Source of the DNA: an uncultured Mycoplasmatota bacterium
GTDB lineage: Bacteria > Bacillota_I > Bacilli_A > RF39 > UBA660
Length of the DNA stretch: 61,370 nt
Direction: 5' to 3'
NCBI GenBank assembly: GCA_947365915.1
Contig: CANAXT010000003.1
Coordinates: 1 to 61,370, forward strand
The translations under genes were made by a program, and so were the position numbers. The notes below the pieces were generated by a model, which saw only the letters and a list, made by a program, of their open reading frames with translations, was not told the origin of the DNA and ran no database searches. Position 1 is the first letter of the stretch. Each line of letters begins with the position of its first letter. Below are positions 38,700-48,404 of the stretch, piece by piece.

Positions 38700-39401
38700 C
38701 TACTCTCCTAGTTTTTGGATTTTCTTTCGATACCAACTTGCCTTGTTTTTGCTTGTAATTCTTAATTTTAAGAATTCATTGATTTTTCTTTTATATGGCT
38801 TTTTTTCATCTAACCAGGAACCATTAAATACATGTATGGAAACAGAATCTTTTGAAGGATTACAGAGCACTGTATCAGGATAAACAACAATTCCTTCTTT
38901 TAATTCTTGATATTGGTTGTTTTTTTTACATTTGTATTTATCTACTAGAATATCAGAGACCGAAATGGTGTTATTATTCTGAAAATCAAATTCATAGTTT
39001 TCTAAATTGTCGTAATAATCTAACATGTCTTTTACAAAAGGATGTCCTTTTTCTGCTCCAAATACTGCTGTAAAAGGAAATTCAGGTCGTTCAAAGCCTA
39101 CAAAAGCACGATGAGATAGGAATTGATCAAAATTATCTAAAATTAATACATCTGTATCTAAATAGATTCCTCCTTCGTGGTAAATTACATAAGCTCTTAT
39201 GTAATCACTTACATATGCCCATTTTTTTGCTTTATATGCTGCTTCTATAAATGGATGAGAATGAATATCAAAATTTGACTCATTCCATTCTATAATCTCA
39301 TAATCTGTTAAGTGTTTTTTCCATGTTTTCATACATTTTTGAATATTTTTAGGTTTTTCTTTTCCTCCAACCCATATAAAATGAATTTTTTTTGGTATCA
39401 T
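38700..39401 (-). CDS. DXD-motif glycosyltransferase (Gly_transf_sug/GT32-like)
   Basis: 233 aa with 'IPKKIHFIWVGG', 'SDYIRAYVIYHEGGIYLDTDV'. Confidence 0.75.
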   Translation of the reverse strand: MIPKKIHFIWVGGKEKPKNIQKCMKTWKKHLTDYEIIEWNESNFDIHSHPFIEAAYKAKKWAYVSDYIRAYVIYHEGGIYLDTDVLILDNFDQFLSHRAFVGFERPEFPFTAVFGAEKGHPFVKDMLDYYDNLENYEFDFQNNNTISVSDILVDKYKCKKNNQYQELKEGIVVYPDTVLCNPSKDSVSIHVFNGSWLDEKKPYKRKINEFLKLRITSKNKASWYRKKIQKLGE

Positions 39402-39410
39402 ATAATCCTC

Positions 39411-42221
39411 CTATTTTTTTGTAATTTTCACTTCTGATTCAATACATAAAAATTTTGTAATCGCACAGGCTCTTTCAAATTCTGTTTCATTTTGAACTAT
39501 AATTTCATCAAATCCCTTTTTCATTTCTTTTAAGATTTGTTTATAAAATTTTGGAAGTTTATTTTCTAATAATTGTTTGTTAAATTTTCTCATTTCGTTT
39601 CCTAAGTATATATCTTCATCATGGTAGATATCAGAAAATGTAATTTTTCTTTTGTTCTTTTGCTTATAAAAGCTTACTAAACTGTCTAGATAGATATTGT
39701 TTTTATAATCTTCTCCAAATCTTTTTTGTATTACAAATTCTACAATGTTCTCTTTATTTTCACTTTCTTTGCAACTATATTTTGGTTTATATATATTTAA
39801 TAGGTGTAGTTTTGAAAATATTCTAAAAATGGTGTACTGTTTTTGATAGTTAGGAATGTCATAGTATTTCATCAAAGTTGTCAAAGTTCTTAGTTCTCCG
39901 TTAATTACATTTAGTTTTCCGAGTTCATTATTGATATAGTTAGAACTATGAACACGATATCTTAAAAGCTCAAAGTCTACGGTTTCTACATTTAATGTTT
40001 TTACTTTTTTATCAAAATGTAGCCAGAATGGCATATTCCAAGTTAGATAAGTTTCTTTTATTTTTGTAACATAACATTCTTTTTTAAAGAATCCAACGTC
40101 TACATATAAGTTCCTTCCAAGCCATAACATTTGAATTGCTGGAATTTTTTTATTTTTTGAATAATTTAATACTTCTTGTCTTCCTGTTAATTTTCCATTG
40201 TCATCAATAATTAATAGGGGTGCAATGATAGCATCTAACTGATGATTTTGTTCCATATAGAAAACAGCTTTTTCAAATGTGTCATTCGTTGCTAATAAGT
40301 CATCTGAGTGTAATATGAAAACATAATCTCCTGTAATATAGTCTAGTCCATGAATAATCGCTTTTAATTGATCTGTATTTTCTTGATAAATATATTGAAT
40401 TCGTTTTTCTATATCGCATTTTTTCATGAACTCTTCTATAATTTTTTTTGTGTCATCCGTTGAGCCATCATCTACAATTACAAGTTCCCAATTTTTATAA
40501 CTTTGTTTCATTAAACTATCTAGAGATAGTAAAATTGTTTCTGAATCGTTATAGGTTGGCATAATTACAGATACTTTTTTTCTTCCACTTTTTGTTGTTT
40601 TTTCAAATGTAGATCGTAGTAATTGTCCTAGTACAAATCCTAATATCAATGATACAACTAATCCATCCATTACATTACCGCTATAAAACGCTGAAAAGAA
40701 AGTAATTCCGAGCGCTAATGCAAGTGTACAATTGTAGAATGTAAATTTTTCTTTAAAGTGTATTAAAATCTTTACAATGCAAATACCTAATAATATTAAA
40801 TATGGGAATAAAAGTAGTATTAATCCAATCCATCCTAATGAATAATAATGGGATAAAAAGTCACGTTCTAGATTAAATATATTAGACATTCTAGAATATG
40901 TAATTCCATACAATTCATCTTTTGGATTCTTATTAATTTCTTTTACTCGTTTTAACATGTCTTCTTCTAATATCCTGTAATTTACTCGTTCTGACATCGG
41001 TCGTTTCATTTCTTGATACCAAAAACTAGCGTCATATTGGTATGGATAAGAATTTTTTATAAACGTTTTTTCTAAAGCAAAATTTCCATATTCTTTTTTC
41101 AAAAATGAAACTAAATAGTTTTCTTTTTCTTCTTCTGTTTTTAAATTATTTAAACTATTTTCGACTACTTGCATTTTTTTATTTTCTATATCAACTTCGC
41201 TTTCACATTTTTCTTTCCAATTGACTTTTATATTTTTTTCTGTGACATGGTATGTGTATGGATCTGAAAAATTAAATTTGATTTCTTTACATATTTTCTT
41301 ATGATGATGCTCCTCACTGATTTGTTCAGTAACAGAACTTCTATTTTCCATTGGAGATTTTGGAAGTAATACTAAACAGCAAATACATAAACATAAAAAT
41401 ATGAGTATTGTTTTTTTTGAAATTCGTATTTCTTTTTTTATTATTCCGAAAAAGAAATACATAACCAACATACATACTAATAAAATCATAAATCCAAGTG
41501 CAGCCACTTTGGTTCCAAGCATAAACATTGCAAATAGTTGCATAAATATTAGACAAATATTTTTCCGATTTGGATTTTTTATTGTAAAGTAAAATACGAG
41601 TGGCGTTAATAATAATTCTAAAGCTGCTATTTGATTTGCATACATGAAAAATCCTTTGGAAGCACCTAACCGATAAGATAATGGTTCTTTTCCAAACCAA
41701 TCAAAAATAGAGCCTGTTATTTTTAAATTTGTATAGGAATTCAATGATATTTCTAGCAAATTGGTAACAATGATACTTCCAGATATTAAAATTACCAACC
41801 ATGATATCACTGTTTCTATTTGTTTTTTATTAAATTTTAGATGTGATGAAATAAATACTAATGTAAGTGGTAATAGCATTCTAATAATATAAAATAATTC
41901 TGAAACAATGCTATAAGAAAAATTGCCTTCTACTTTTGATTGAAAGTGTAGTGCATTTTGATGATGCAATATTGTATATATTAAGATGAGTGCAAGATAT
42001 ATAAAAATCCACATGTACTTTTTTTCCCATTTTATTGTAAAAAGTAGTAATAACAACAATATTCCTACAAATATTATTCGAATAATTGTCGATGGTGAAA
42101 AATGAAAGAAGGAAATGACTTGTGGCTCAAATAATATATAAATATCTAATATTGGTTGTATAATTAAAAATACCATACATAGTTTCAATAATAAATTTTG
42201 ATTTATTTTTTTTTGTTTCAT
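39411..42221 (-). CDS. Fusion protein: O-antigen ligase/polymerase-like (Wzy-type) membrane domain plus a C-terminal GT2 glycosyltransferase
   Basis: 936 aa. The N-terminal ~540 aa are polytopic. GT2 motifs 'VSVIMPTYNDSE' and 'LVIVDDGSTDDT' follow. Confidence 0.65.
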   Translation of the reverse strand: MKQKKINQNLLLKLCMVFLIIQPILDIYILFEPQVISFFHFSPSTIIRIIFVGILLLLLLFTIKWEKKYMWIFIYLALILIYTILHHQNALHFQSKVEGNFSYSIVSELFYIIRMLLPLTLVFISSHLKFNKKQIETVISWLVILISGSIIVTNLLEISLNSYTNLKITGSIFDWFGKEPLSYRLGASKGFFMYANQIAALELLLTPLVFYFTIKNPNRKNICLIFMQLFAMFMLGTKVAALGFMILLVCMLVMYFFFGIIKKEIRISKKTILIFLCLCICCLVLLPKSPMENRSSVTEQISEEHHHKKICKEIKFNFSDPYTYHVTEKNIKVNWKEKCESEVDIENKKMQVVENSLNNLKTEEEKENYLVSFLKKEYGNFALEKTFIKNSYPYQYDASFWYQEMKRPMSERVNYRILEEDMLKRVKEINKNPKDELYGITYSRMSNIFNLERDFLSHYYSLGWIGLILLLFPYLILLGICIVKILIHFKEKFTFYNCTLALALGITFFSAFYSGNVMDGLVVSLILGFVLGQLLRSTFEKTTKSGRKKVSVIMPTYNDSETILLSLDSLMKQSYKNWELVIVDDGSTDDTKKIIEEFMKKCDIEKRIQYIYQENTDQLKAIIHGLDYITGDYVFILHSDDLLATNDTFEKAVFYMEQNHQLDAIIAPLLIIDDNGKLTGRQEVLNYSKNKKIPAIQMLWLGRNLYVDVGFFKKECYVTKIKETYLTWNMPFWLHFDKKVKTLNVETVDFELLRYRVHSSNYINNELGKLNVINGELRTLTTLMKYYDIPNYQKQYTIFRIFSKLHLLNIYKPKYSCKESENKENIVEFVIQKRFGEDYKNNIYLDSLVSFYKQKNKRKITFSDIYHDEDIYLGNEMRKFNKQLLENKLPKFYKQILKEMKKGFDEIIVQNETEFERACAITKFLCIESEVKITKK

Positions 42222-42309
42222 ACTACACTCCTTGCTATTTATTGTTTTTATTATATCATGTATATTTTTACATGTAAACTAAGCAGAATTTTCTTTTAAA
42301 AAGTTTACA

Positions 42310-43812
42310 TCAATTCCTTTTAATAAATTTTTTTAAATTAAATCTTTCAACAAATGAAAGTTCATTATTTTTATAAAAATAAAATGTTACAATTACAAAA
42401 TTTAATATAAAAATTATCATTGACATTAAAATCCAGATTACAATCGAAGAATATTTTATGACATTAAATATATTAAGTATCATAAATGAAATAATAATAA
42501 TTATTATATATTTTAAATTTTTCATTTGATATTTTTTTGATTCTTTTTGAAACAACTCTTTATGAATTGTAATAGATTTTGGAATATAATCTGCACATAT
42601 AAACGATATAATCGTTGCTATTAAAACTCCTGGTATTCCTAAAAAATGCACTAATATTATCGATAATGACAAATTAATGATACATTCTAAAATGACATAC
42701 TTTTTTACTTTTTCAAACATTCCAGATGCTAATGTATATACTTTTAAAGGGGTTTTTATAATCTGATAATATAGTGAAATACTAAATAATAAAGCTAGAC
42801 AAAAGGTGGTAACAATTTTTCCTTCATACCAGATTTGAATAAATGGATTAATTGCGAATAGTAATGGAATAAATAGAATATCGGCAATATAAAAACAGAA
42901 CGTATTAAATTCCATAAAAATATCATATCCTTTTTCTTTATCTGTTACTAATAAATTTGCAACACTACTCATCGTTGCTCCTGTTAATTTGTCAATAATC
43001 TGCCGTAATGATTCCATGATGTAGTTATAAGCTGTATAAATAACTACACTTCCTAATCCAATTACTTTCGTAATTATTATGATATCAATATTATTTGTAA
43101 TTAAATTTCCTATAGAATTTACAAATAAATGTTTTACATCTTTTGCTACTGTAAAATCTTTTTTTTCATGATAATTAATATTTTTGTATTGTATTCTACT
43201 GGCTATTACTAAAATTAAATTGGAAACAATACTTGTAATTAAAAGTGATATGACAATTTCTAATAATTGGCCACCAATTAATACAATAATAATTTCGATT
43301 ACTGATTTTAATAAAGTTGTAATTTGATATATTAGGTTTGGAACATATCTTTTTTGATCTGCATCGAAAATAACTCTATGCGCTAGTGTAAAATACAATA
43401 TTGTTTGACTAATCAAATATATAAAGAATGTAACTTGTATGTAGTTAAATGAAACTGTTTTTGCATGAACTAATAATCCAATATTTAGTGTAATTAGAAT
43501 TCCACCTGCTAATATTATGATACCTATAATACGAAACAAAAATCTAGCAGTAGACATAATCACATTAATCCGTTTGGTATCGTGTTTTGCTAATGGTCCA
43601 TAGAGTTGAAATAAAATAGCGCTATTAACTCCACCCTCTATTATGACCAAATATGCGATCACTTGCGCATATAATTGATATAATCCTAGTTGTTCTTCTC
43701 CTAAAAAATCTAAAAATAATTTAGACTTATAAATTCCTAGAAAGGCAATTAATATTTGCGGAAATGCATCAGTTAAAAAATTTATAATTGTTTTTTTTGT
43801 TCTCATTTTCAT
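42310..43812 (-). CDS. Wzx-type (MOP superfamily) polysaccharide flippase
   Basis: 500 aa with ~14 TM helices and the typical N-terminal 'INFLTDAFPQILIAFLGI' pattern. Confidence 0.7.
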   Translation of the reverse strand: MKMRTKKTIINFLTDAFPQILIAFLGIYKSKLFLDFLGEEQLGLYQLYAQVIAYLVIIEGGVNSAILFQLYGPLAKHDTKRINVIMSTARFLFRIIGIIILAGGILITLNIGLLVHAKTVSFNYIQVTFFIYLISQTILYFTLAHRVIFDADQKRYVPNLIYQITTLLKSVIEIIIVLIGGQLLEIVISLLITSIVSNLILVIASRIQYKNINYHEKKDFTVAKDVKHLFVNSIGNLITNNIDIIIITKVIGLGSVVIYTAYNYIMESLRQIIDKLTGATMSSVANLLVTDKEKGYDIFMEFNTFCFYIADILFIPLLFAINPFIQIWYEGKIVTTFCLALLFSISLYYQIIKTPLKVYTLASGMFEKVKKYVILECIINLSLSIILVHFLGIPGVLIATIISFICADYIPKSITIHKELFQKESKKYQMKNLKYIIIIIISFMILNIFNVIKYSSIVIWILMSMIIFILNFVIVTFYFYKNNELSFVERFNLKKFIKRN

Positions 43813-43830
43813 TTCCTTTCTATCATTTTG

Positions 43831-44553
43831 TTACTTTTCTCGTTTCTTATACTTTCTCACTTGAAATATAAATTTGACATTACTGTTATAAAAACGTTTG
43901 ATTCTTTTTGGTTCTTTTATTAAACGATAAAACCATTCTAAGTTTAATTTTTGAAATATTTTGGGTGCTCTTTTTTTGGTTCCACTTATAACATCAAAAG
44001 ATCCTCCTACTCCAACAAAGATTCCTTTTTTAAAGTCTTTAAAGTGTTTATAGATTAGTTTTTCTTGAGCTGGTATTCCTAAAGCTACCAAAACGATATC
44101 TGGTTCTTTTTTCTTAATATCTTCAAATACTTGATCTTTATCTTCTACATACCCATTACGGTATCCTAACATTTTTAAATTAGGATAATCTTGTTCTATT
44201 TTTTTTACGACTAAAGAAATGACTTCTTCTTTGGCTCCTAATAAATAAATTGATTTTTTTTGTTCATTTCCAAGTCTAAGTAGTTCCCAAGCAATATCAA
44301 TTCCTGTAATTCGTTCGGTTACTGCATAGTCCAACATATGGGCAGCTTTTACAATTCCAATTCCATCTGGTACTAGTGTTGTATCTTTGTCTAAAATAAT
44401 TTTTTCCATTTCTTTTTCTTTGGAAGCTATCATAAATGTTTCTGGATTAGCGGTCACAATAAGTTTTTTTTGTTCTTTTTTTAAAGCTTCTTCTAATAAT
44501 TGTATAAAATCATCAAATGATTTTGTGTATAATCGTTTAAAAAATTCATTCAT
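43831..44553 (-). CDS. tagA: WecB/TagA/CpsF-family glycosyltransferase (N-acetylmannosaminyltransferase-like)
   Basis: 240 aa with 'VTANPE', 'PDGIGIV', 'GVGGSFDV' and 'LEWFYRL'. Confidence 0.85.
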   Translation of the reverse strand: MNEFFKRLYTKSFDDFIQLLEEALKKEQKKLIVTANPETFMIASKEKEMEKIILDKDTTLVPDGIGIVKAAHMLDYAVTERITGIDIAWELLRLGNEQKKSIYLLGAKEEVISLVVKKIEQDYPNLKMLGYRNGYVEDKDQVFEDIKKKEPDIVLVALGIPAQEKLIYKHFKDFKKGIFVGVGGSFDVISGTKKRAPKIFQKLNLEWFYRLIKEPKRIKRFYNSNVKFIFQVRKYKKREK

Positions 44554-44557
44554 TTTA

Positions 44558-45538
44558 TCACCTCTTTTTCGTTTGAAATGTAAAAATTGATAGTGCTAGA
44601 TAAGTAATTGGAATTCCTATCACAGCTGCTACTATATACGCTATTAATTTGTGTAAATGTAAGATATCAATAAAGATAAATACAGAAATGAGTTGTATTA
44701 AAAAGTTTGGAATATAGGAAATAGAAAATTTGATCAATTTTTTGATTCCTAATTTTTTGTCTTTAAATGTAATATAGCTATTTAATAGATAAGATATTAG
44801 TAAACTCGTGATATAGCCTATTACAAAAGCCAATGTTGCGTTTTCAATGAATAATGAATATAAATAAGCGAATAAAACTCCATTAAAGGTATTGATACAC
44901 CCAACAAATACAAATCTGATAAATTCTGGATTAAAAAAAGTATGTTTGATTTTTTTCATGAATGATGGTTTATATTCTTGATATGGAATAATGATATTTT
45001 TTATTACCATAAATCCTTTTTTAGAAATTTCTATCATCGGTGAATCTGAGGTACTATCTGTATACATTTCTTCTATTTTTCCTTTTGGATATTTTTCATT
45101 TATTCGTTTTACTTTTTCTACTCCATAGCAATTTTCTTTTAAAAATTTTCCAGTTTCAATATCAACTACAGATGCGATTAAGTCTTTTACTTTTAATTTT
45201 TCAGCTGGTATCTTTAGTAAAAACTCTGGGGAAGCTGAAATAATGATATCATTTTTATGATCTTTTTCTAAATACCAAGGTTTTATTTTTTTTATATGTT
45301 TTTCCCAAAATTCTTCTAATAAACTTTCCCTATTTTCAAAATCTTTTAAGAAGCAGAAAAAAACAGTTTTCATTTCGGTTTTGGTTTTAAGTCCTAAAAT
45401 ATAAAGTCCTAAAAAGAAGAGTTGTTTGATCCAATATTTACAAATGGATTTTTTCTTTTTGAAACAATATTTATAAAAGTCAATTGAGGAATCTCCATCA
45501 TAAATGGTTCCATCAAAGTCATAAGCAATTATTTTCAT
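44558..45538 (-). CDS. HAD-IB phosphatase domain fused to a GtrA-like 4-TM domain
   Basis: 326 aa. HAD motif I 'AYDFDGTIYDGDS' and motif IV 'YTDSTSDSPM'. The C-terminal ~125 aa are GtrA-like ('FIRFVFVGCINTFNG'). Confidence 0.7.
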   Translation of the reverse strand: MKIIAYDFDGTIYDGDSSIDFYKYCFKKKKSICKYWIKQLFFLGLYILGLKTKTEMKTVFFCFLKDFENRESLLEEFWEKHIKKIKPWYLEKDHKNDIIISASPEFLLKIPAEKLKVKDLIASVVDIETGKFLKENCYGVEKVKRINEKYPKGKIEEMYTDSTSDSPMIEISKKGFMVIKNIIIPYQEYKPSFMKKIKHTFFNPEFIRFVFVGCINTFNGVLFAYLYSLFIENATLAFVIGYITSLLISYLLNSYITFKDKKLGIKKLIKFSISYIPNFLIQLISVFIFIDILHLHKLIAYIVAAVIGIPITYLALSIFTFQTKKR

Positions 45539-46602
45539 ACTTCCTCCTTATATTTTTGATACCACTTTTTCCAAAATGGAGTTTCAATAAAGTTAAATAT
45601 TCTTCCAATCAAACTACTAAGTATCCATATAATGATAAAGTAAAATGGGAAAATTAGATATTGATGGTTTTGAATGATTGTTACAAGTGAGAAATGATGT
45701 AAGATACGTTCTATTAAAAGAAACACAATTGGATGAAATAGAAATATGGTATAACTGTTTTTTTCATAAGAGGTAAATATAAATTTGAAAGCATGAATTT
45801 GTTTTAGTTTATCAATTCCTTTTAAAAACCAATTTAGAATTACATAAAGAAATGATAAAAAGCTTAAGTTATATAGTAAAAATATGAGGTTATACTGAAA
45901 TTTATTGATTTGCATATCAAATGGATATAAGTTGGTAATTCCTAAAATTAGTGTGGTTAAAAGTGATATGATTCCAATTGTTCCAATGATTTGTTTTTGT
46001 TTTTTGTTTTGTTCTTTTAAGATAGGATAAAAGAATCCTAAGTAAGTAAAAAAATTATATAATAACCAACACTTAAATTCCATTTGGTTTGGAATCCATA
46101 GATCCATAATGAGAATGATAAGCATCATTACGATAAGTGGCAATAATTTCCACCAGATTTGTTCTTTTTTTTCAAAGTAGTAACGAAATAATGGCATAGT
46201 AATGGTAATTAATAAAAATGGCCAGATAAACCAAAGGGCTGATCCTAAATAAGGGACCCCTAATGTTGGAACGGTTCTAGGTATCACGAATCCAAATTGT
46301 TTGATACTGAATGTAGCATAGGTTAAAAATGCAATCAATAATCCTACTACAACGTAACACCAATAAGGAATTAATAATCGTTTTAATCTTTTTTTGATAA
46401 ATTCTAGATAGTTTTTTTTCTTTGCAATCATAAAGCTAGCTCCACTTACAAAAAAGAAAAGTGGCATTTCTATAAGCAAAAATGATTTTAATGTTGCTTC
46501 TGTTGATGAGTAAAAAAAGTAAGTCCAAAAGATACAATGAATTAAAATCACCCAAGTCATTGCAAATCCTCTTAGTGTGTCTATGGTTTGATCACGTTTC
46601 AT
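45535..46602 (-). CDS. Acyltransferase family 3 membrane protein
   Basis: 355 aa, polytopic, with 'DTLRGFAMTWVILIHC'. Confidence 0.7.
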   Translation of the reverse strand: MKRDQTIDTLRGFAMTWVILIHCIFWTYFFYSSTEATLKSFLLIEMPLFFFVSGASFMIAKKKNYLEFIKKRLKRLLIPYWCYVVVGLLIAFLTYATFSIKQFGFVIPRTVPTLGVPYLGSALWFIWPFLLITITMPLFRYYFEKKEQIWWKLLPLIVMMLIILIMDLWIPNQMEFKCWLLYNFFTYLGFFYPILKEQNKKQKQIIGTIGIISLLTTLILGITNLYPFDMQINKFQYNLIFLLYNLSFLSFLYVILNWFLKGIDKLKQIHAFKFIFTSYEKNSYTIFLFHPIVFLLIERILHHFSLVTIIQNHQYLIFPFYFIIIWILSSLIGRIFNFIETPFWKKWYQKYKEEV

Positions 46603-46665
46603 AAGTACCTCCTAATGTTACTTCAATTATAACAAATTTTCTCTTCTATTTCTACAAAATTTGCA

Positions 46666-46690
46666 GAAAAAAAGAATCTATTTGATTCTT
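46666..46690 (-). terminator. Terminator after rnj
   Basis: On the minus strand, AAGAAUC-AAAUA-GAUUCUU followed by U7. Confidence 0.6.
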
Positions 46691-48335
46691 ATACTTCTTG
46701 CATGACAATTAAAATCATTGGTTTGCATTCTGTTTGTTGATAGAAATATTTTCCAACTTTGTCTCGAATTCCTGATTTGATCTTGTTGAAATCTACATAG
46801 TTTTGTTTGGTATTTTCGTTTACAATGTTAAGTGAAATGTTTTCGGCTTCTTTGATTAAGTCAATGTTATCTTTGACATAGATAAATCCTCTGGTTAGTA
46901 TTTCTGGACCTGCTAATACTTTTTTGATTTCTTTATCTAATGTTACTGTAACAATGACTATTCCATTATCACTTAATGCTTCACGGTCTTTTAATACAAG
47001 TTCTCCGATATCCCCTACTGTTTTTCCATCAATTAAAATGTCATCTACTTTGATGGTTTCTTGTTTTTCTACAAGTTCTCCATTTATAAAGGTTGCGGTT
47101 TGTCCGTTTAGTCTTAATAATATATGGTCTTCATCCATTCCTAATGATTCTGCAGATTTGGCACTTTCTACTTGATGCCTGTATTCTCCTATTACTGGGA
47201 AAAAATATTTTGGATTCATTAGGTCTAACATTAGCATCACGTCTTCACTAGAGGCATGATGAGATAAGTATTTTTTACTGGATAAGATAATTAAGTTAGC
47301 TCCGATTCTAGCGACATTATCATGCATTGTTGTTGCACTTTTTTCCATTCCATCATAAACTGGGGCTGCAAATACAACGGTATCTTCACTATTGATTTTG
47401 ATAAATTTGTCATAGCCTCTAATAATTCTTTTTAAGTTAGAGAATGGTTTTTCTCTTTCGTCAGAGATTAAGACAATAATATTTGGATCGTTTACATGAC
47501 GAATGTTTTGAAGTTTTGTTTTATCAAATTTTAAATATCCTAAGTCTATACTTTTTAAGATAATCGCTTCTAGGCTTTTTCCTAATATTACTACTTTCCG
47601 GTCTGTTTTTAGTATTTCTGTAAATAGTTCTTGGATGCGGTAAAATTGGGCTCCTGAAATATTGAATAGAATTCTTCCTTCGTTTCGATATAATATTTCT
47701 GACATCGCACTTGCAGTTCTATGTTTTGGAGAGGTAAATCCAGTTCTGTCTGCATATAGTGATTCACTCATTAAACATAAAACGCCTTGTTTTCCTACAT
47801 AAGCAAGTTTTCCAATGTCTGTTTTGTAAGCTCCTATCATAGTTGGATCAAAGATAAAGTTTCCCGTATAAAATATGGCTCCATCTGGTGTGTAAATAAC
47901 GTATCCAACAGAGTCTGGTACTGAGTGTGTTAGACTGATTGGGAAAATAGATACATTTCCGAAATTAATTTTGCGGTGAGCTTTGATTATTTTTAATTGG
48001 TTGGTTTTGATTCCTTCTTCTGATAGTGTTGTTTTTAAAAGTTCAATCGTAAATGTTGTTCCATAAATTGGAATATTTGGAAAGTCCGCTATCATATCAG
48101 GAATGGCTCCCATTTGTTCATCATGACCATGGGTAATAAAAATTCCTTTGATTCTTTTTTGATTTTCTTTTAAGTAATCATAGTTTGGAATAATATAATC
48201 TACGCCAAGCATTTTATCATCAGCATATTTTAATCCGGCATCAAATACAAAAATATCTTTATCAACTTCTACAACATACATGTTTTTTCCGATTTCATTT
48301 AGTCCTCCTAGACTAAATATTCTTATTTTACTCAT
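46689..48335 (-). CDS. rnj: Ribonuclease J
   Basis: 548 aa. Metallo-beta-lactamase 'ITHGHDEQMG' plus beta-CASP and C-terminal domains. Confidence 0.92.
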   Translation of the reverse strand: MSKIRIFSLGGLNEIGKNMYVVEVDKDIFVFDAGLKYADDKMLGVDYIIPNYDYLKENQKRIKGIFITHGHDEQMGAIPDMIADFPNIPIYGTTFTIELLKTTLSEEGIKTNQLKIIKAHRKINFGNVSIFPISLTHSVPDSVGYVIYTPDGAIFYTGNFIFDPTMIGAYKTDIGKLAYVGKQGVLCLMSESLYADRTGFTSPKHRTASAMSEILYRNEGRILFNISGAQFYRIQELFTEILKTDRKVVILGKSLEAIILKSIDLGYLKFDKTKLQNIRHVNDPNIIVLISDEREKPFSNLKRIIRGYDKFIKINSEDTVVFAAPVYDGMEKSATTMHDNVARIGANLIILSSKKYLSHHASSEDVMLMLDLMNPKYFFPVIGEYRHQVESAKSAESLGMDEDHILLRLNGQTATFINGELVEKQETIKVDDILIDGKTVGDIGELVLKDREALSDNGIVIVTVTLDKEIKKVLAGPEILTRGFIYVKDNIDLIKEAENISLNIVNENTKQNYVDFNKIKSGIRDKVGKYFYQQTECKPMILIVMQEV

Positions 48336-48356
48336 TTTTTACTCCTTTCTTTTTCC

Positions 48357-48401
48357 AAAAAAAATGACTAATTCATTATACCACAAAGGTTTCAATTAGT
48401 C
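48357..48401 (-). terminator. Terminator after the intact AAA/PD-(D/E)XK gene
   Basis: On the minus strand, GACUAAUU...AAUUAGUC (8 bp, 20-nt loop) followed by a U-run. Confidence 0.45.
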
Positions 48402-48404
48402 TAT

